Shown: positions 29,501 through 44,566 of the stretch, piece by piece
How the letters are laid out: each line of letters begins with the position of its first letter
Numbering within the stretch: the first letter of the stretch is position 1
Assembly (NCBI GenBank): GCA_039096225.1
Contig: JBBPEB010000004.1
Location: forward strand, 992,001-1,056,000
DNA: 64,000 nt
From: Blastocystis sp. Blastoise
Lineage: Eukaryota; Protista; Bigyra: Opalinata
Reading direction: 5' to 3'
Position numbers and translations under genes: made by a program
Notes under the pieces: model-generated
The model's database searches: none
Told to the model about the DNA's origin: nothing
What the model saw: the letters and a program-made list of their open reading frames with translations, nothing else

Positions 29501-32500
29501 GGTCCTTTTACAGATGCTTTTGTTAATGGTAAATTATTATTATTAGATGAAATGTCTTTATGTTCTCCTACTGTTATTAAAGCTATTATGATTGCTATTG
29601 AATCTAAACAATTATATTTAGATAAAATAGATTCTTATTGTTTATTACCTATACATGAACAATTTCGTATTATTGCTACACAAAATCCTGCAGGAAGTGA
29701 TTATAAACGTCAACCATTATTAGAATCTATTTTAGATCATTTCCGTAGTTTATCTAATATAGGTGAAACATCTTCTATTGAGGATCCTTATCAACAAGAA
29801 CGTAGTATTATTCAACATCGTAATTTACTTAAATCAAGTGATATTGATTATATTATTAATCAACATTATGCACAAAATATGAATATACAAAAGAAATTAA
29901 AGACAAAATGTTATACTATTCGTGATATAAATCGTATACTTTCTCTTTATCTTTATAGTAAAGTATCTTTAAAGGATTCTTGTTCACTTATTTATTCATA
30001 TAATTCAGATTTTACAAAGATAAAATCAATTCCTAAAGAAATATCTTCTTTATCTATTCAATATCCTTTTGAAAAACTACAAGAAAAACCATGGTTATCT
30101 TTTTGTTATCGACTTGAAATGTTATTAAGAAGTGGTAGTAATATTATTATATATAGTGATGAAGAATATATAGCACGTAAATATTTATATGCTTATCTTT
30201 ATTTCTTAATGAAATTAAAGAAATATTCTTCTCCTGATCAATTATATAAGACTTTTTATTGTAGTAAAGGAATAGAAGCTGAACAATTAATAGGATCTAT
30301 GATATTACAAAAAGGAATATTACATAATGGTAAAGAAGGATTATTACCTAAATTTGCTATTTCTGAATTAATTCAATGTGCTCAACAAGGTTTATTATGT
30401 ATATTTGAAAATCTTGGTTATATGGATAGTAATTCTTTTGAAAGATTAAATCCTATATTAGAAAAACAAGTAAGTAATGAATTAAATTCTAAAAAATATA
30501 ATACTAATTTATTTGATACTATAAATAATAATAATGTTATTTCTTGTGAACGAAATGATTGTATTGTTCGTTTTGATGAATTAGGTGAGAATTGTGATGT
30601 TTTAATAGAACCTTCTTTTAGAGTTCTTGGCACATGCTCTAAAGAAGAATTAAATAATTTCTCTCCTGCTCTTCATAATCGTTTTGTTCTTTTAGAAATA
30701 AAAGAAGAAAAAGAAGATAAACACTCTATTACTTCTTCTTCTATGGAGATTGAAGAAGATATTTCTACAAAGAAATTATCATTACCTAAAAGTAAATATG
30801 AAGAAAATCCTAAGATTTCTGATGATAATAAAGATAGTTATTTTTCTTTATATCATAATAAAACTTTATTTTATAAAGGTCAACAAATTTGTTATACTGA
30901 TTTACTTTCTCAATATTATAATAATGATTTATATCCTCTTTATTATTTTGATAAACTTAATATATTAAAAGGAATTGATATGATAAATAAGATGAATATG
31001 ACTAATACTATGGAAAAAGATCAATTTATTACAGAATTTATATATCATTATAAAGAATATAAACAAAATTCATCATTAACTTCAAATATAGTTTATTCTT
31101 TATTTAATAAAGAAGCTGCAAATCGTAAATATTTATATACTTCTATTGTTAATGAATTATTATGTAATCGTTGTATATCTTTATATGGTGAGAAATCAAA
31201 TGGTAAAAGTACTGTATTAAATATATTATTAAATACTTTAGGTATAGAGAATCATAGTCGTATAGTATATTTAACTTCTGAAACAGATATTAATGTATTA
31301 TTAGGTTCTTATTCACTTTCTTCAGGTACACAAAATAATGCTACTTTCTTAGAAGGTTCTTTGTTATCTGCTATGAGAAATGGTGATGTTTTTATATTAG
31401 AAGATGCACAAAATATATCTATAGAATTAAAACAATCATTAGAACAATTTATTGATCCTTTTTGTAATCAATTTATATATAAAGAACAACATTATGTTAT
31501 TCATCCTTCATTTAGACTTTTATTTATATATACAAATCGTGAATCTTCTAATCATATAGGATTATTACCTTCTTTTATTCCTGATATATATATACCTTCA
31601 TTAACTATAGATGATTTAAAATCAATATTAAATTATAAATTATTATTTTATTTTTATGATTTACATATACCCTTACGTTTATTATGTATTATACAAACAA
31701 TATATAATAATATTAAAGATTTATTCCATATAAAGAAATCAAAAATACAACAAATATTTAATGATAATTCTATTAATATAGATAGAGATTCTATTTTCTT
31801 ACTCTATATATATTTCCATTTTATTCATCCTTCTCTAATTAATAGTAATGAAGAATTATTTAAAAATATATGTTGTTGTTTTTATCATCTATGTATATCA
31901 TCTGAAAAGAATTCTATAAATGATTTAATATCTTCTTTTAATTTAAATGAACTTCGTAATTCTACTACTATTCATATAGAAGATTTATATATATCTATGA
32001 AAAATTTAATTACTAATTTTATTAATAATACTATTCTATATGATGAAGCTAAACATACGTTAGCTACAGAATATATTACATTACCTATATTAGATACTTT
32101 AGGACCTTTACCTAAGTCTGAAAAGAAATATCAATGGTTTTTAAAAGTTTTATTTAAATATTGTTTATTACAAACATATAATCAAGGAATTTCTATAGAT
32201 TCTCGTGATTATTTAAGAATCCCTATATTATTATGTGGTTCTTCTTCTAAATATAAGTTTATTGATTATATATATAAGAATAGTATAGAAAAAATTGAAT
32301 TGAGTCGTAGTATAACAAGTGATTATTTATTAGGAAATGATATAGTTAAGAAACCGAATGAAATTCAAGAATTATTAAAATCCTTTAAAGATCCTTCAAC
32401 ATTGATATCTATGAATGAATCCAATAATAAGAATATATATACTATTTCTAGTCATTATTCTGCTTATCAACAATGGTATACAATGATTAAGACATTAGAA

Positions 32501-33239
32501 ACAAGTAAAGAGAAGTCTATTATGTTTTATAAACCTGGTCACTTATCTAGATTATTATATTTAGAGAAAAATATATTATTAGATCATTATGAATTATTAA
32601 ATGATGAAATAAAACCAAGAATAAAAGAATTATTATCAGATATATATATAAAGAATTCTTATAATTTATATGAAAATAATGATAGTAATAGTAATCTTAT
32701 TGATATACAAAATATTAATTTAATATTATGTGTTGAATCTGAAGATTATAAACAATTAACTCTTGATGATTATTCTATACTTATATGCTGTGATGATTAT
32801 TCAAAAGAAGAAAAATCTTCATTATTTCCATCTATTCCTTCTTCTTCTTCTATATTAGATTTATCTTATCATACATTACGTGTAGTAGAAGGTACTCAAT
32901 TTTTATTTAAAAATGGTTATGAAGATGCTCTTTATTATTATTTATTTATGTCTTCTGAACAAAATAATCGTAGACGTATATATAAGTATTATAAGCATAG
33001 TACTGTTTTAGATGATTTAATACCAGTAAATCCTGCAAAATATTCATCAGAGCATGATGTTTCATTTAATATGGATATATTAAAAAATATATTTAATGAT
33101 ATGTTTTATAATACTTTTATTTCTTTTATAAATAATGATCAGAAATCAGCAACTCCACTTGTTATTTCTCGTACTACTATACAAATACTTATATCTATAT
33201 TCTTAAGTTATTTTGGAGAATATAAACAATTTGATCAAG

Positions 33240-33275
<36 letters not shown>

Positions 33276-36200
33276 TATTCAATATTGTTCATTTTCCTGT
33301 TATTCTTGAAGGTTTACCAGGTGTAGGAAAAAGTGATTTAGCTAGAAAAGTTTTTGAATATTTAAATATTACATTTTTACCTTTTAATTTTAGTCAAAGT
33401 CAAGAAATATCTACTGTATTTGGTACAACTAGTTTTACTAGTGAATCTATTAAATTTAAACCTACAAAATTATCTTTATTATTAGATCCTTCATTATATA
33501 CAAATGATTCTGTTATTATAGAAAAAGATAGTTTATTAAAAAGGTCTAGTTCATTACATAGAACAAATAGTTTGACTACAAGATATAATATAGATTCACA
33601 AGATTTAGATATCAATATAAATTCACAGGAATCATTAGTAAATAATACATTCAAAACATTATCTTCTTCCTCTTTAATAGATAATGAAATACATTCATCA
33701 TCTTCAATAGGTTCTGTTACTAGTTCTAGTTATAATATTAATAAGAATCGTACAATTGGTCTTATTTTTGATGAAATGAATTTAGCAACACCAGAATTAT
33801 TAGATGAATTAGCTATTTTAATTCATTCTCTTTCTGAAAATACTAGTTATAGAATTCCTGGTCGTGATGAAAAGATACAATTACCTCGTATTATATGTAT
33901 AATTACTCAAAATCCTGCTTCTATGTCTACTTCTCGTGGTTTATTACCTCACTCTATTACAAAATTAGGATTATATCATAGAGAAATTGCATTTGATATA
34001 TATGAAATGATACATATTAGTTCTTCAATTATATTACCTATATATAAACAAAGTATACAAAATAAATTAAATAATAATAATAATCAAATAGGGCAATCTT
34101 CTATGTTGAGTAGTAATAAGAATAAGAAAAGAACACTTACTATAAAGAGAAATACAAAGAAAACGAAATCTTTATCTAATAATAATGATAATAATAATAA
34201 TGATAATACTAATAATAATGAAATAAAAGTATTTAAAGAAATGTTCCATAATATGATCGTAACTGCTATACAAGTAGGAGAAGAAACATCTATTCCTTTT
34301 ACTCTTCGTGATACATATAAAGCTAAATCTATTATAGAAAATGGAAATACATCTGTTGAAGTAGCTTTATGGTTAGCTATAGCTTCAAAATATCCTTCAA
34401 GTCGTCGTGAAGCATTAAATCAATTATTACATCTTGATGAGAATAGTGTTATTAGTATTAATTATAATCAAGAAAAACATAGATTAACTTTTGAAAGTCA
34501 TTTTAATACTTATTTAGATCATGTTAATTTTAATAGTGATTATATATCATTAACAGATCAAGAGAAATTCTTATTATATCAATTAGTATTTTCTTATCAA
34601 AGTGGTCGTTCTGTATTATTATATGGTCCTTCACCATCAGGAAAAAGTTATGTTATTACTCAATTATCTAAATTATTAAATAGAAAATATGTTACTATTC
34701 CTATTAATTCAGATAGTGATATTTCTATTTTAATTGGTAAGAATATTATTAATCAAGAAGCTACTCTTCAAAATGATAATGATAATAATAGTAATAATAA
34801 TATAATTGATACTATTCAAACTTCAACAAAAAATACTTCACCATCTTTTGCATCTTTTTTAGCTAATAATAATAATGATAATAATAATAATATAGATATA
34901 GATATTGATTCTGATTCCTCTTCTTCTTCTTCTTCTATTTCTTTATCTGAAGCTACAATACCAATAAATAAACAAGTTACTAAAACAAATCAAAGTTTAA
35001 CAAAATTCCGTTATGGACCCCTTTTAGAAGCCATGAAAAATGGTTATATTGTTATTATTGATGGTATTGATCAAGCTAAAGGAGATATTTTAGAATTATT
35101 AAATCCATTATGTGAAGAAAAACCAAAATTATCTATTCCTGAGATTGGTATTACTTTTGTTTATGGAAAACCAAGACATTCTAATGAAGTTCAAATACAT
35201 GAAAATTTCCGTTTATTTATGACTGCTACAAGTACAGTTTTAACATGTATTCCATTACCTTTACAAAGTCGTTGTATTATTCTTTCTACAACTTCATTAT
35301 CGAATTATAAAAATGTTTGTAATTTTTGTGATTTACCTTGTAATTATAAAAATCCTATTGGTAAATATATTAATAACGATATTCCTCGTACTTATAATTT
35401 CCGTACAATTAATCGTATTATATCAACTCATGATATAAATATTAATAATTATTCTGAATTAGAATTTAATACTATGATTACTGAATGTCAACGAGATCGT
35501 AATATGATTAATAAATCACAACGTTTTGTTGATATCTTTTTAAGCCATTTAAATGATTATTCATTATATATTAATGCTTTATCTTCTTCAAAGAATACAT
35601 ATTCTAATAATTTATTTTATTTATCAGAAATTATGCCGTCAAATGCTGATGCTACTTCTGAAGATGAATTATTATTATTAGAAAAAACGATTGTTGAAGA
35701 TATTTATAAATGTTTAAATCAATCAATATCTTCATTTACAAATAGTGAAATTAATAAATTTTCAAATAATATAAAATCATTATCTCAATCTATTTCATAT
35801 TATCCATTAACTATTCTTTTAGAATTATTAAAGAATTATAATGATGAAAATATATCTTTCTTAGGAAAAGAAGAAGAAAATAATGATTTATATTTAACAA
35901 ATTGGTCATTATTTTATAATTATTTATTCCAAAATAAGCATAAAAGTTTATCAACTGATTCATCACCTTATGATCAAGACGGTTATCAAATATTTATATT
36001 AGATACACCAGAAAAAGAATTTATTTTCTGTTATATATCATGTGATCAAGAATTATTTGAAGAACATAATTCTGATATTATGCCCTATTTTAATGATTTA
36101 ATACAATTATTATTTGATCGTATTTCTAGTTTTAAAGATATAAATAATAATAAATGTTTAGAAGTTATTCAGACATTTAGTGATTTAGTTATACGTTATC

Positions 36201-39200
36201 GTGATATGGAAAAGAGTTTAAGTATTATTCAATCAGGTGCTGTTGATAAACAAAGTTATCAAGCTAATATTAATGATCATTATGTTCATAACAATGATAA
36301 TGCTAATAAATTATTATCTTATTTTAATTATGATAGATTTATTCGTGAAGCTGTAAAGAAGATAACTGAAAGAGTTACTATTATAGAGAATGAAAGTCAA
36401 GATAAAGAAGATCAAGCCAATTCTACTATGTTAAATATAGATGATACAATAGCCATTAGTTCTACTATTAAACATACTATTAAACAATCTAAATTATTAA
36501 GAAATAAAAATAATAAGAAATATTTAGATGAAATTATTCGTAATAATTATGATATTTTAAATACAAATATATTAACAGATAGTACTAATAATTTAGATTA
36601 TATACATTTATCATATTGTTTATATTTATATAAATATAAGAATAATGTATATGGTTTCTTTGATGAGAAAGTAATTGATATAATAGAGTCAATGAGTATA
36701 TCTATTAATAAAATAGATTTAAATAATAAAGAATTATTAAATAATTTATGTATTTTATTAGAATATTCTATGAATATTAGTATAGAAAATAATCATAATA
36801 AATTATTATTTAATGATGATAATTTATTACATATTATTCAAACATATAATTTTTATATACATCGATTAATATCTTTACAAGATTTAGATAATAGTATACA
36901 TTATTTTATAAATAATAAATTATTTGATGAATCTATGATAGAACAAGTTATAGAGAAACGTCATTTAGATAAGAATAGTATACAATTATATTATTATTTA
37001 TGTCATTTCCCACTTCAATATTTATCTATATATCATTCTGTATGTTTTTATCCATCAATTCAAGATTTTTGTAATTCTGTAATAAATTATGAAAAAGATT
37101 TTAATAATTCTATTGAATTAACTATTGAATCTTCAAGAAAATATAAGAATTTACAACGTACAGATCGTTCATCTATATATACAATGAATCAATGTTTAAC
37201 TAAAGAAATAATTAATAATAATGCTATTGATATTGATATTGATAATAAAGATATTGATAAGAATATGCAATGTGTTTTTATACCTGGAAGTACATTAAAG
37301 ACTCAAGATATAGAATTTTGTGTTCGAATAATTGATATTGATCGTTATAATGATAGTATATCCAATATAAATATAAATAATAATAATGATAAGATTATTA
37401 ATATTAATCCACAAACTAATTTATATAAAGATATATATGTAATAAGTGATTTAGAACGTTTTATTATACAAGCTCCTTATTTATGTTTATTTGATAAATT
37501 ATCAATTATATCTCCTTATTTCTTTACTGATGAAAGTATTATTATTCGTGATATATTAAATACCAAACGTTGGACTGATTATATTGAAGAAGTATTAAGT
37601 TTAAGTAAATCATTTAATGATATATATACGAATATGAAATTATTAGAAGAGAAACATATGGAGAATCAATTAGAAGAAAAGAATAATAATATTCAACATA
37701 AAATAGATTCTATTAATGGTATAACTAAAAAAATGGCTTTATTAAAAGAAAACTATTTTAAAAAACTTAATAATTATATAGAACTAGTGAATGAAAAGAT
37801 TAAATATAATAATAATTTATATAAATCAAATGAAGAATTAATGTCTTTACGTACTATTTATATAAATATATATTCAACTTATTTATATCATTTTAGTTGG
37901 AATAGTTTAATGGATAATTCTATTGTTCAATTATATAATAGATTAACTAAAGAACAATTACAATCTGCTTATAAATTATTATTAAATTTTAATAATAAAT
38001 ATTATAGTATAACAGAACCTGTGAAGAGTTCATTTATGGAAGTTGCCTTTATTCCATATATGGAAAATGAATCTTATTTAACTTATACATTTGATTTATA
38101 TTATAAGAATACAAATATATTAGCACCTATACAAATGAATTTAATTCATGAAGAAAAAGATAATAATAAAGATATTGATATGGATAATAGTAATGATATT
38201 GATATAGATAATAATAAAGAAGATAGTCAATATATGATGAATAATGATTCACAAGAAATATTACCTTCTAGTTTATTAAATAATAATAGTGATAAGAATG
38301 ATGATAATAATGATAATAAGAATGATAATAATAATAATACTACTTATACAAATCATTCTATTGGTATATGTCGTTCTACTCCTATGAAATCTAAATTTGG
38401 TGTTCAATATCATATTATACCTATGCCTTCTTCTACTTATGATGTTCGTATACGTATATTAAATCGTTATTATAAAGATGAACAAGAAAATAAAGAGAAT
38501 TTTAATAATTCTGATTCTTATCCTTTCTCTATACGTTATCGTTATGTACAAATACCAGAAAATTATAATCATACTTCACTTGAAAATGAATGTATATTAT
38601 TACTTAATTTATTATTACAATTAAGTACTGATTTCTATGCAAAAAATACACAATTTAGATATGATTTAAGTTATTTTGATAAATCATTTAATACTGTATG
38701 TCAACCTATATCTATAAAATCAAATAAAGAAATGATTATTGAAAATGATATTAATAATAATTCTACAATAAAACGACCTTGTTTAGATATTCATTTATTT
38801 AATCAAATAGAAAAATATATATCTAAACAAGATATTAAATATAGATATACAAATGATTATACTGATTATTTACCTTTATATAAATATATTAATCCTAGAA
38901 TAGATGATATGTATCATATAGAAATACCTTCATTATTATTTTTAAGTCATTATTTTAATTCTAATGGTGTTTGTTCATTATATTTAATACCTAAGAATAT
39001 AACTATAGATATAAATGAATTTAATAATATAAATAGTGAAGAAGTATTATCTATTAAGAATTATCATTATTTTGATATCATTAATATATTAAACTATATA
39101 CCTGTTAAAGATGAATTATCTACCCTTGAATATGGTAAGCAAGAAGGATATGTTTTTACAGATAAAGAAAGAATAGAAGTTACTCAAATTAATAAATTAT

Positions 39201-42200
39201 GTAATGATTATATGAAATATTATGAAGAACGTGAAGTTAAATCTAAAGAATTAGATGTATTAAAGAAAGAATTAGAAACAATTAAAGAATTATCAATAGA
39301 AAAATCATTATTTGTGAATACAAATTTAATTGAAAATACTATAGAATTAAGTGGTCAATATAATTTTGATGAAAATAATAAACAGTCAAATATTAATGAT
39401 CCTGATATAGATATTGATCAATATAATATGAATAATAATATTATTAATAATTCAAAATTAACAAATATATTATACGATTGTATTGTTATATGTAAACAAA
39501 ATTCTATACCTTGTATCTTAACACCAATGTATAATAATCTTCCTTGTATTTATTTACCTGATAAATTAGATAGTTATCATGATAGTGATCTATATATACC
39601 TTTAATTAATCCATATAATTATCCTATACGTTTATATTGTGATACTTGTGATGTGACACTTTTAGATAAAGGTATTCATATACATATTACAAGTGATAAT
39701 AATAATAATATACATAATATACATAAACATATACTTGAAATATCTTGTGAAATGTCTACTATATTAGTATCTTTAATTTATAAAGAAAATAATTCAAATG
39801 AAATTATTAAAACTGGTATTGATATTGGTATATTTAATGATAATAATCAGCGTTTATTATATATACCTTCAAAAGAAGTATCTATTTATTATAAACAAAA
39901 GAATAAAACTTATAAACAAAATAATAAAGGTAATGCTGTATATTTTGAAGATACAGGATATATATTATTCTTTAATCAACAACCAAATCAATTATATAAA
40001 TTCTTTATATTTAATGATAATGGACATATTGAACCTTATATACAAAATATATATGAAAATGAAATTATTATTCAAAATAATATGTTTAATGAAGAACAAT
40101 TATGGAATAATTTCAAACAAGCAAAAACATTTATAGAATATTTTATTGCTTTAAAAGAATTGAAATTTACATTATTTACAAATACTATATATCATCAATA
40201 TACAGAATCTTTATATAATTATATATTAGAGTATAAATCTATGTTTTTACCTTCCGTAATTGATTTTATACAAGATATATTTTTAATTAATGATACATCA
40301 AATTCTTCTTCTAATAATACAAATACTACTTCAAATAATAATAGTATATCTACAAAATATCGATTATTCTGGACAGATAAAATAAGAAAAGAAAGTGTTG
40401 GTGTTATTAATAATTTTATGGTACAAGATAAATCAAATAATAATAATAAATTTGGTAGTCATTATAAATTAACAAAACGAGTTGAATCTGTAGAACAAGT
40501 TGATGATATAATGAAAAATAAAGAAAATGATACCAAGTTAGTCTATATGAATAAAGGTGATACAATTGATGATAGTATCAGTGCTACTGTTAAAGAGAAA
40601 GCAAAAGCATTTATAGTACAAACAATTATAGATGATGTTGATATTAGTGAATTAAATAATGAAAAGAATGAAGAGAAAGATAAAGAATTAGAAAATAGAT
40701 TAGTAGAAAATACAACTACAATTGGTTCAAATCAAGTTTATAGACAATATTGTAATATGTCTTTAGATGATTATGTTAGTGAATGTTTAGTTAATAATAA
40801 AGATTCTTTAAGTGCTGGTATATTAAAGACAGATACTATTATAGATATACATAAAGATGAAGAAAAGAATAATTATATGAATTCTGAAAATCGTAGAAAA
40901 GAATTAAAATATATTACTATATTAAAACCTATTATATCTCATTGGACAAATGAAATACGTAGTTCTGTTAAAAATAATCAATATCAATATAGAAAACGTA
41001 TTGTTTTAGTTATAGATACAAATTTCACACATAAAGAAAAGAAAGCACAATTCCGTACACTTCTTGGTACTATTATTATATTATTATGTAAAGAATTAGA
41101 TATACCGTTAGCTTTATGTTGTACAACTACTAGAAATCAAGGATTTATTATATGTACTGAAAATGATGATGAAAAATATAAGATAAGTTTATTAAATAGT
41201 TTATCAAAATTAAAGAAAGCATTATCTAGTCCCTTAGATTTATTTGAAACTGTTCAATTTAAGAATTATTTAGAAGATGATAATGGATTTATATTTATTT
41301 CTGATTGTTTTTCTTCTCAATTATTAACAGATATTGAAGGTGTACGTAAATATATTTCAGATCGTATTAATAATATATTATTATTACAAATAGTAAATGA
41401 TACTAGATCTTATCCTAAAGATGAATGTATTTCTAATGAAAATCAACAAAAAATAAATGAATTACTTTTAAAGAATTTTAATGATCATTGTATACCTATG
41501 ACAAATTCATGTTTATTTGTAAGTCCTATACCTTTATTTATAGATTTCTTCTATTCTAAAGAACCATTAACTGCTTTACAACAAAAACAAGTGAAAGTAG
41601 TTGTTAGTAAACCTCAATTTAATGCTGTAACTAATTTAATTGATTCTTTTGATTTAGATGTAGATCATTTAGTTACTAAAGATTATGTTGTTTCTGTTGG
41701 AGAATTAGATCAAAATATTGAAAAGATTAATAATTTACCTTCTATTACAAATGAAGATATGAATACTTATAATATTTATAATGTTACAACTAATTTTGTA
41801 TCTTTAGTAAATAGTAAGATTCATTCTAATGATTTATTTGAATCTTTAAATATGTTATTCCCACCTAACAAACCTACTAAATATATACCTTCAACAACAG
41901 GTAATATTATTAATTTTAAAGAATTTATAAATTATATTATAAGTGGTATTTCAAATGGTAAATTATTTAAAAAGAAATCAGGTAATAAAGTTCGTGATTA
42001 TTCAGTAAGTATTGTTATTGATTGTACTACAAATACTTTTTCTAATGTCAATAGAAGTCATAGTTTATTTACTTTATTAAGATTACTTAAAGGTATTGAA
42101 ACTTTAGAATTACAAAATATTGATATTTGGGTATGTAGAAATCAACCTATTAAGATTGCTACTGGTATTTCATCAGATACTGTTTTATCGAATAATATTA

Positions 42201-44566
42201 TTGGATTAATTCTTTATGAAACTATGAAACCTGTTCGATATAGTTGTTTAGCTACTAGTGTGAAATTTGCTTCTGCTACTGCTTCTTCTAGACCTAGTAA
42301 TTGTTTAGAAATTGTATTAACAAATGGTGTTGAATCCCCTATTGAAAGAGAATCCTTAAAGAAAGTTCTTCATTCATATAGTAATATACATTTTATTGGT
42401 GTTGGTTTAGGACTTTATTGTAAATATTATGAAAATATATTCCCTTCTTTTATATGGTCTACAAAATTTAATGATTTTAGTGATGCACTTACAAATTATT
42501 TACATAATACAGAAGAAAAAGAATGTAAAACTTATTATGAAATACCTGAAGATTTATTATTTTCATTAAATAATCAATCTTTATCATTAGTAGAGAAAAT
42601 GACTACTAGTATTCAAGATGTATATAGTGAAATCGATATACATAATATGTTCTATAATATGAAGACAGGTAATGATATATATGAAGGTCTGAAGAATATT
42701 GAAGGAAATGATCATGATTTAGGTATAGATGGATCTTTTTCTAATTTTAGTGTATTATTAGTAGTATTATATTTAAAAAGAGCTGGTAATGTAAGTGAAG
42801 AAAATACTCAAAATGATCCAAGTATATCTGAAGAGAATTTAAATAATGGACCTATAAAGAAATTAAAAGAAAAAGGATTTAATGTTACTACAGTATTTGA
42901 TTATTATAAAGCTATTGTTGAAATACAATCAGGTAAATATAGAGTATGTATGGTTACTTGTAGTGTTGGTGATGGTATATTAGGTAAAGAACAAGATGGT
43001 ATGAATTATTTTGGTTATCTTAAGGCATTTATTAGAAATCTTCGTTATTTCTATGAAAATGGAGGTGGTATATTTTGGTTATTAGATAATTTCCCTTGGA
43101 CATGGGAATTTGAATGGTTTATGGAAGACTGTAAAGATTTCAATTTGAAACCGAAAGAAATATTAGATACAACAATACACGTAGACGGTGGTAAGATAAT
43201 GACATTAGAAACAGAAGAAGATGCATCTGTTATGGATGAAAAGGAAAGACCTAAAGAAGGAAAATTTAGAAATAGTGGAGCTACTCAATATATTGGTGCT
43301 AGTTTTAAAGAGAAATTAGAACAAGGATTAAGATCTATTTATGAAGGTGAAACATTAGCTGTATTAAGAGAAGAAACTTTAGTAGCAAATGGATTTGAAG
43401 TATTTGCAAGAGAAACAGATGGTGCACGTGTTGAACCAAATCAAATGAAGTCTGAAAAACGTTATCCTGCTATATTAATTCGAGAAAGTATAAATGGTCG
43501 TGGTCGTATGATTGTAGATACTGCACAAAGTAAATTATATAAAGAATGGACAACTGATGGTACTCCTCGTTATATATCAAATGGAGTTATTTGGTTATTA
43601 AATTTAAATAAAGTATTGATGGATAATAAAGTATATCAAAATATTAATGCAGATTTATCTAAGATAGAATTACCTCTAGAAGTAAGAAATTTAGTTGCAA
43701 TGACAACAAATGAAAATAAAGATAGTGCTGATTTTAGAGGTAAAGTAGATATACCACCTCGTCTTATTGAGAAACCACAAAATATTATATTTACTATTAT
43801 TATGGATTGTACAAGTAGTACTATATTAGTACAAACTTCTTTAAAGAAAATTATTCTTGATACCTTAAAATCATTAGAAGATCGTCGTGCACAAGTTGAG
43901 ACTAAGAATAATTCAAGTGTTCGTTTCTTATTAGTAGGTTATCGTGATTATGATGATAATTCAAAGAGACGTATTGTATCAAGTGATGTAATGAATGGTA
44001 GTGATTATCCAAAAATGGCTGAATTATTGGATAGTAGAGAGAGTCCTTTTTACCCTTCAGGAGGTCGTTGTAGGGATTGTGGAACTGGCTGTGAAGATAT
44101 GTGTGGTGGAATAGAAAAAGCTTTAGATTTATTACAAGATTATAAGAATTTTAATCATATCGTTGTTTTACTTGGTGCTTCTGGAATGCATGGTATTAAT
44201 CCAAAATGTAATTTAAAGAAAAACGGTCCAAAAGCTGTTAATTCTGAATCTTTTGATTCAATATGGAGTCGAGTTGCTGATAAAGTAGCAGAATTTAATG
44301 ATATGGAAATCCATTGTTATCCTTTATGTGATGGTACTGTTACTGGTGTTCAACAAAGTGATATTCAAGATTTTATTACTTCAACGAATGTTGTATTTAA
44401 AACTCATTTACAGAATTGTAGAAAAGGTAATACATTTGTTAATTTAGAAAATAGAATTAAAGTGAATACTTCTTCTGATTTTAATTCATTATCTGAGACA
44501 TTCTCTAGAGAATTCTCAAATAGAATTAAAGATGTTTATGCACAAGTTATGAAGATGGAAAAGTAA
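25386..44566 (+). CDS. Giant (~5,900 aa) midasin-related protein: novel N-terminus, six AAA+ modules, long linker, two vWA-like domains, GATase-like domain, terminal vWA; 16 exons
   Basis: Fifteen short exons splice in frame to a 16,217-nt terminal exon (28350-44566). Walker A motifs GKTASGKT, GEKSNGKS, GLPGVGKS and GPSPSGKS, plus two degenerate modules; Walker B LLLLDE and LIFDE. Midasin-type pre-MIDAS segment TGNIINFKEFINYIISG...RDYSVSIVID. Terminal IMDCTSS...VGYRDY...GG...EDMCGGIEKAL...HG. Confidence 0.9.

Noticed and set aside
25386-44566. Assigning the symbol MDN1, dynein heavy chain or RNF213
   Set aside because: Degenerate MIDAS, no acidic tail and extra domains; no dynein stalk or RING recognised. 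Orthology cannot be shown without a phylogeny.
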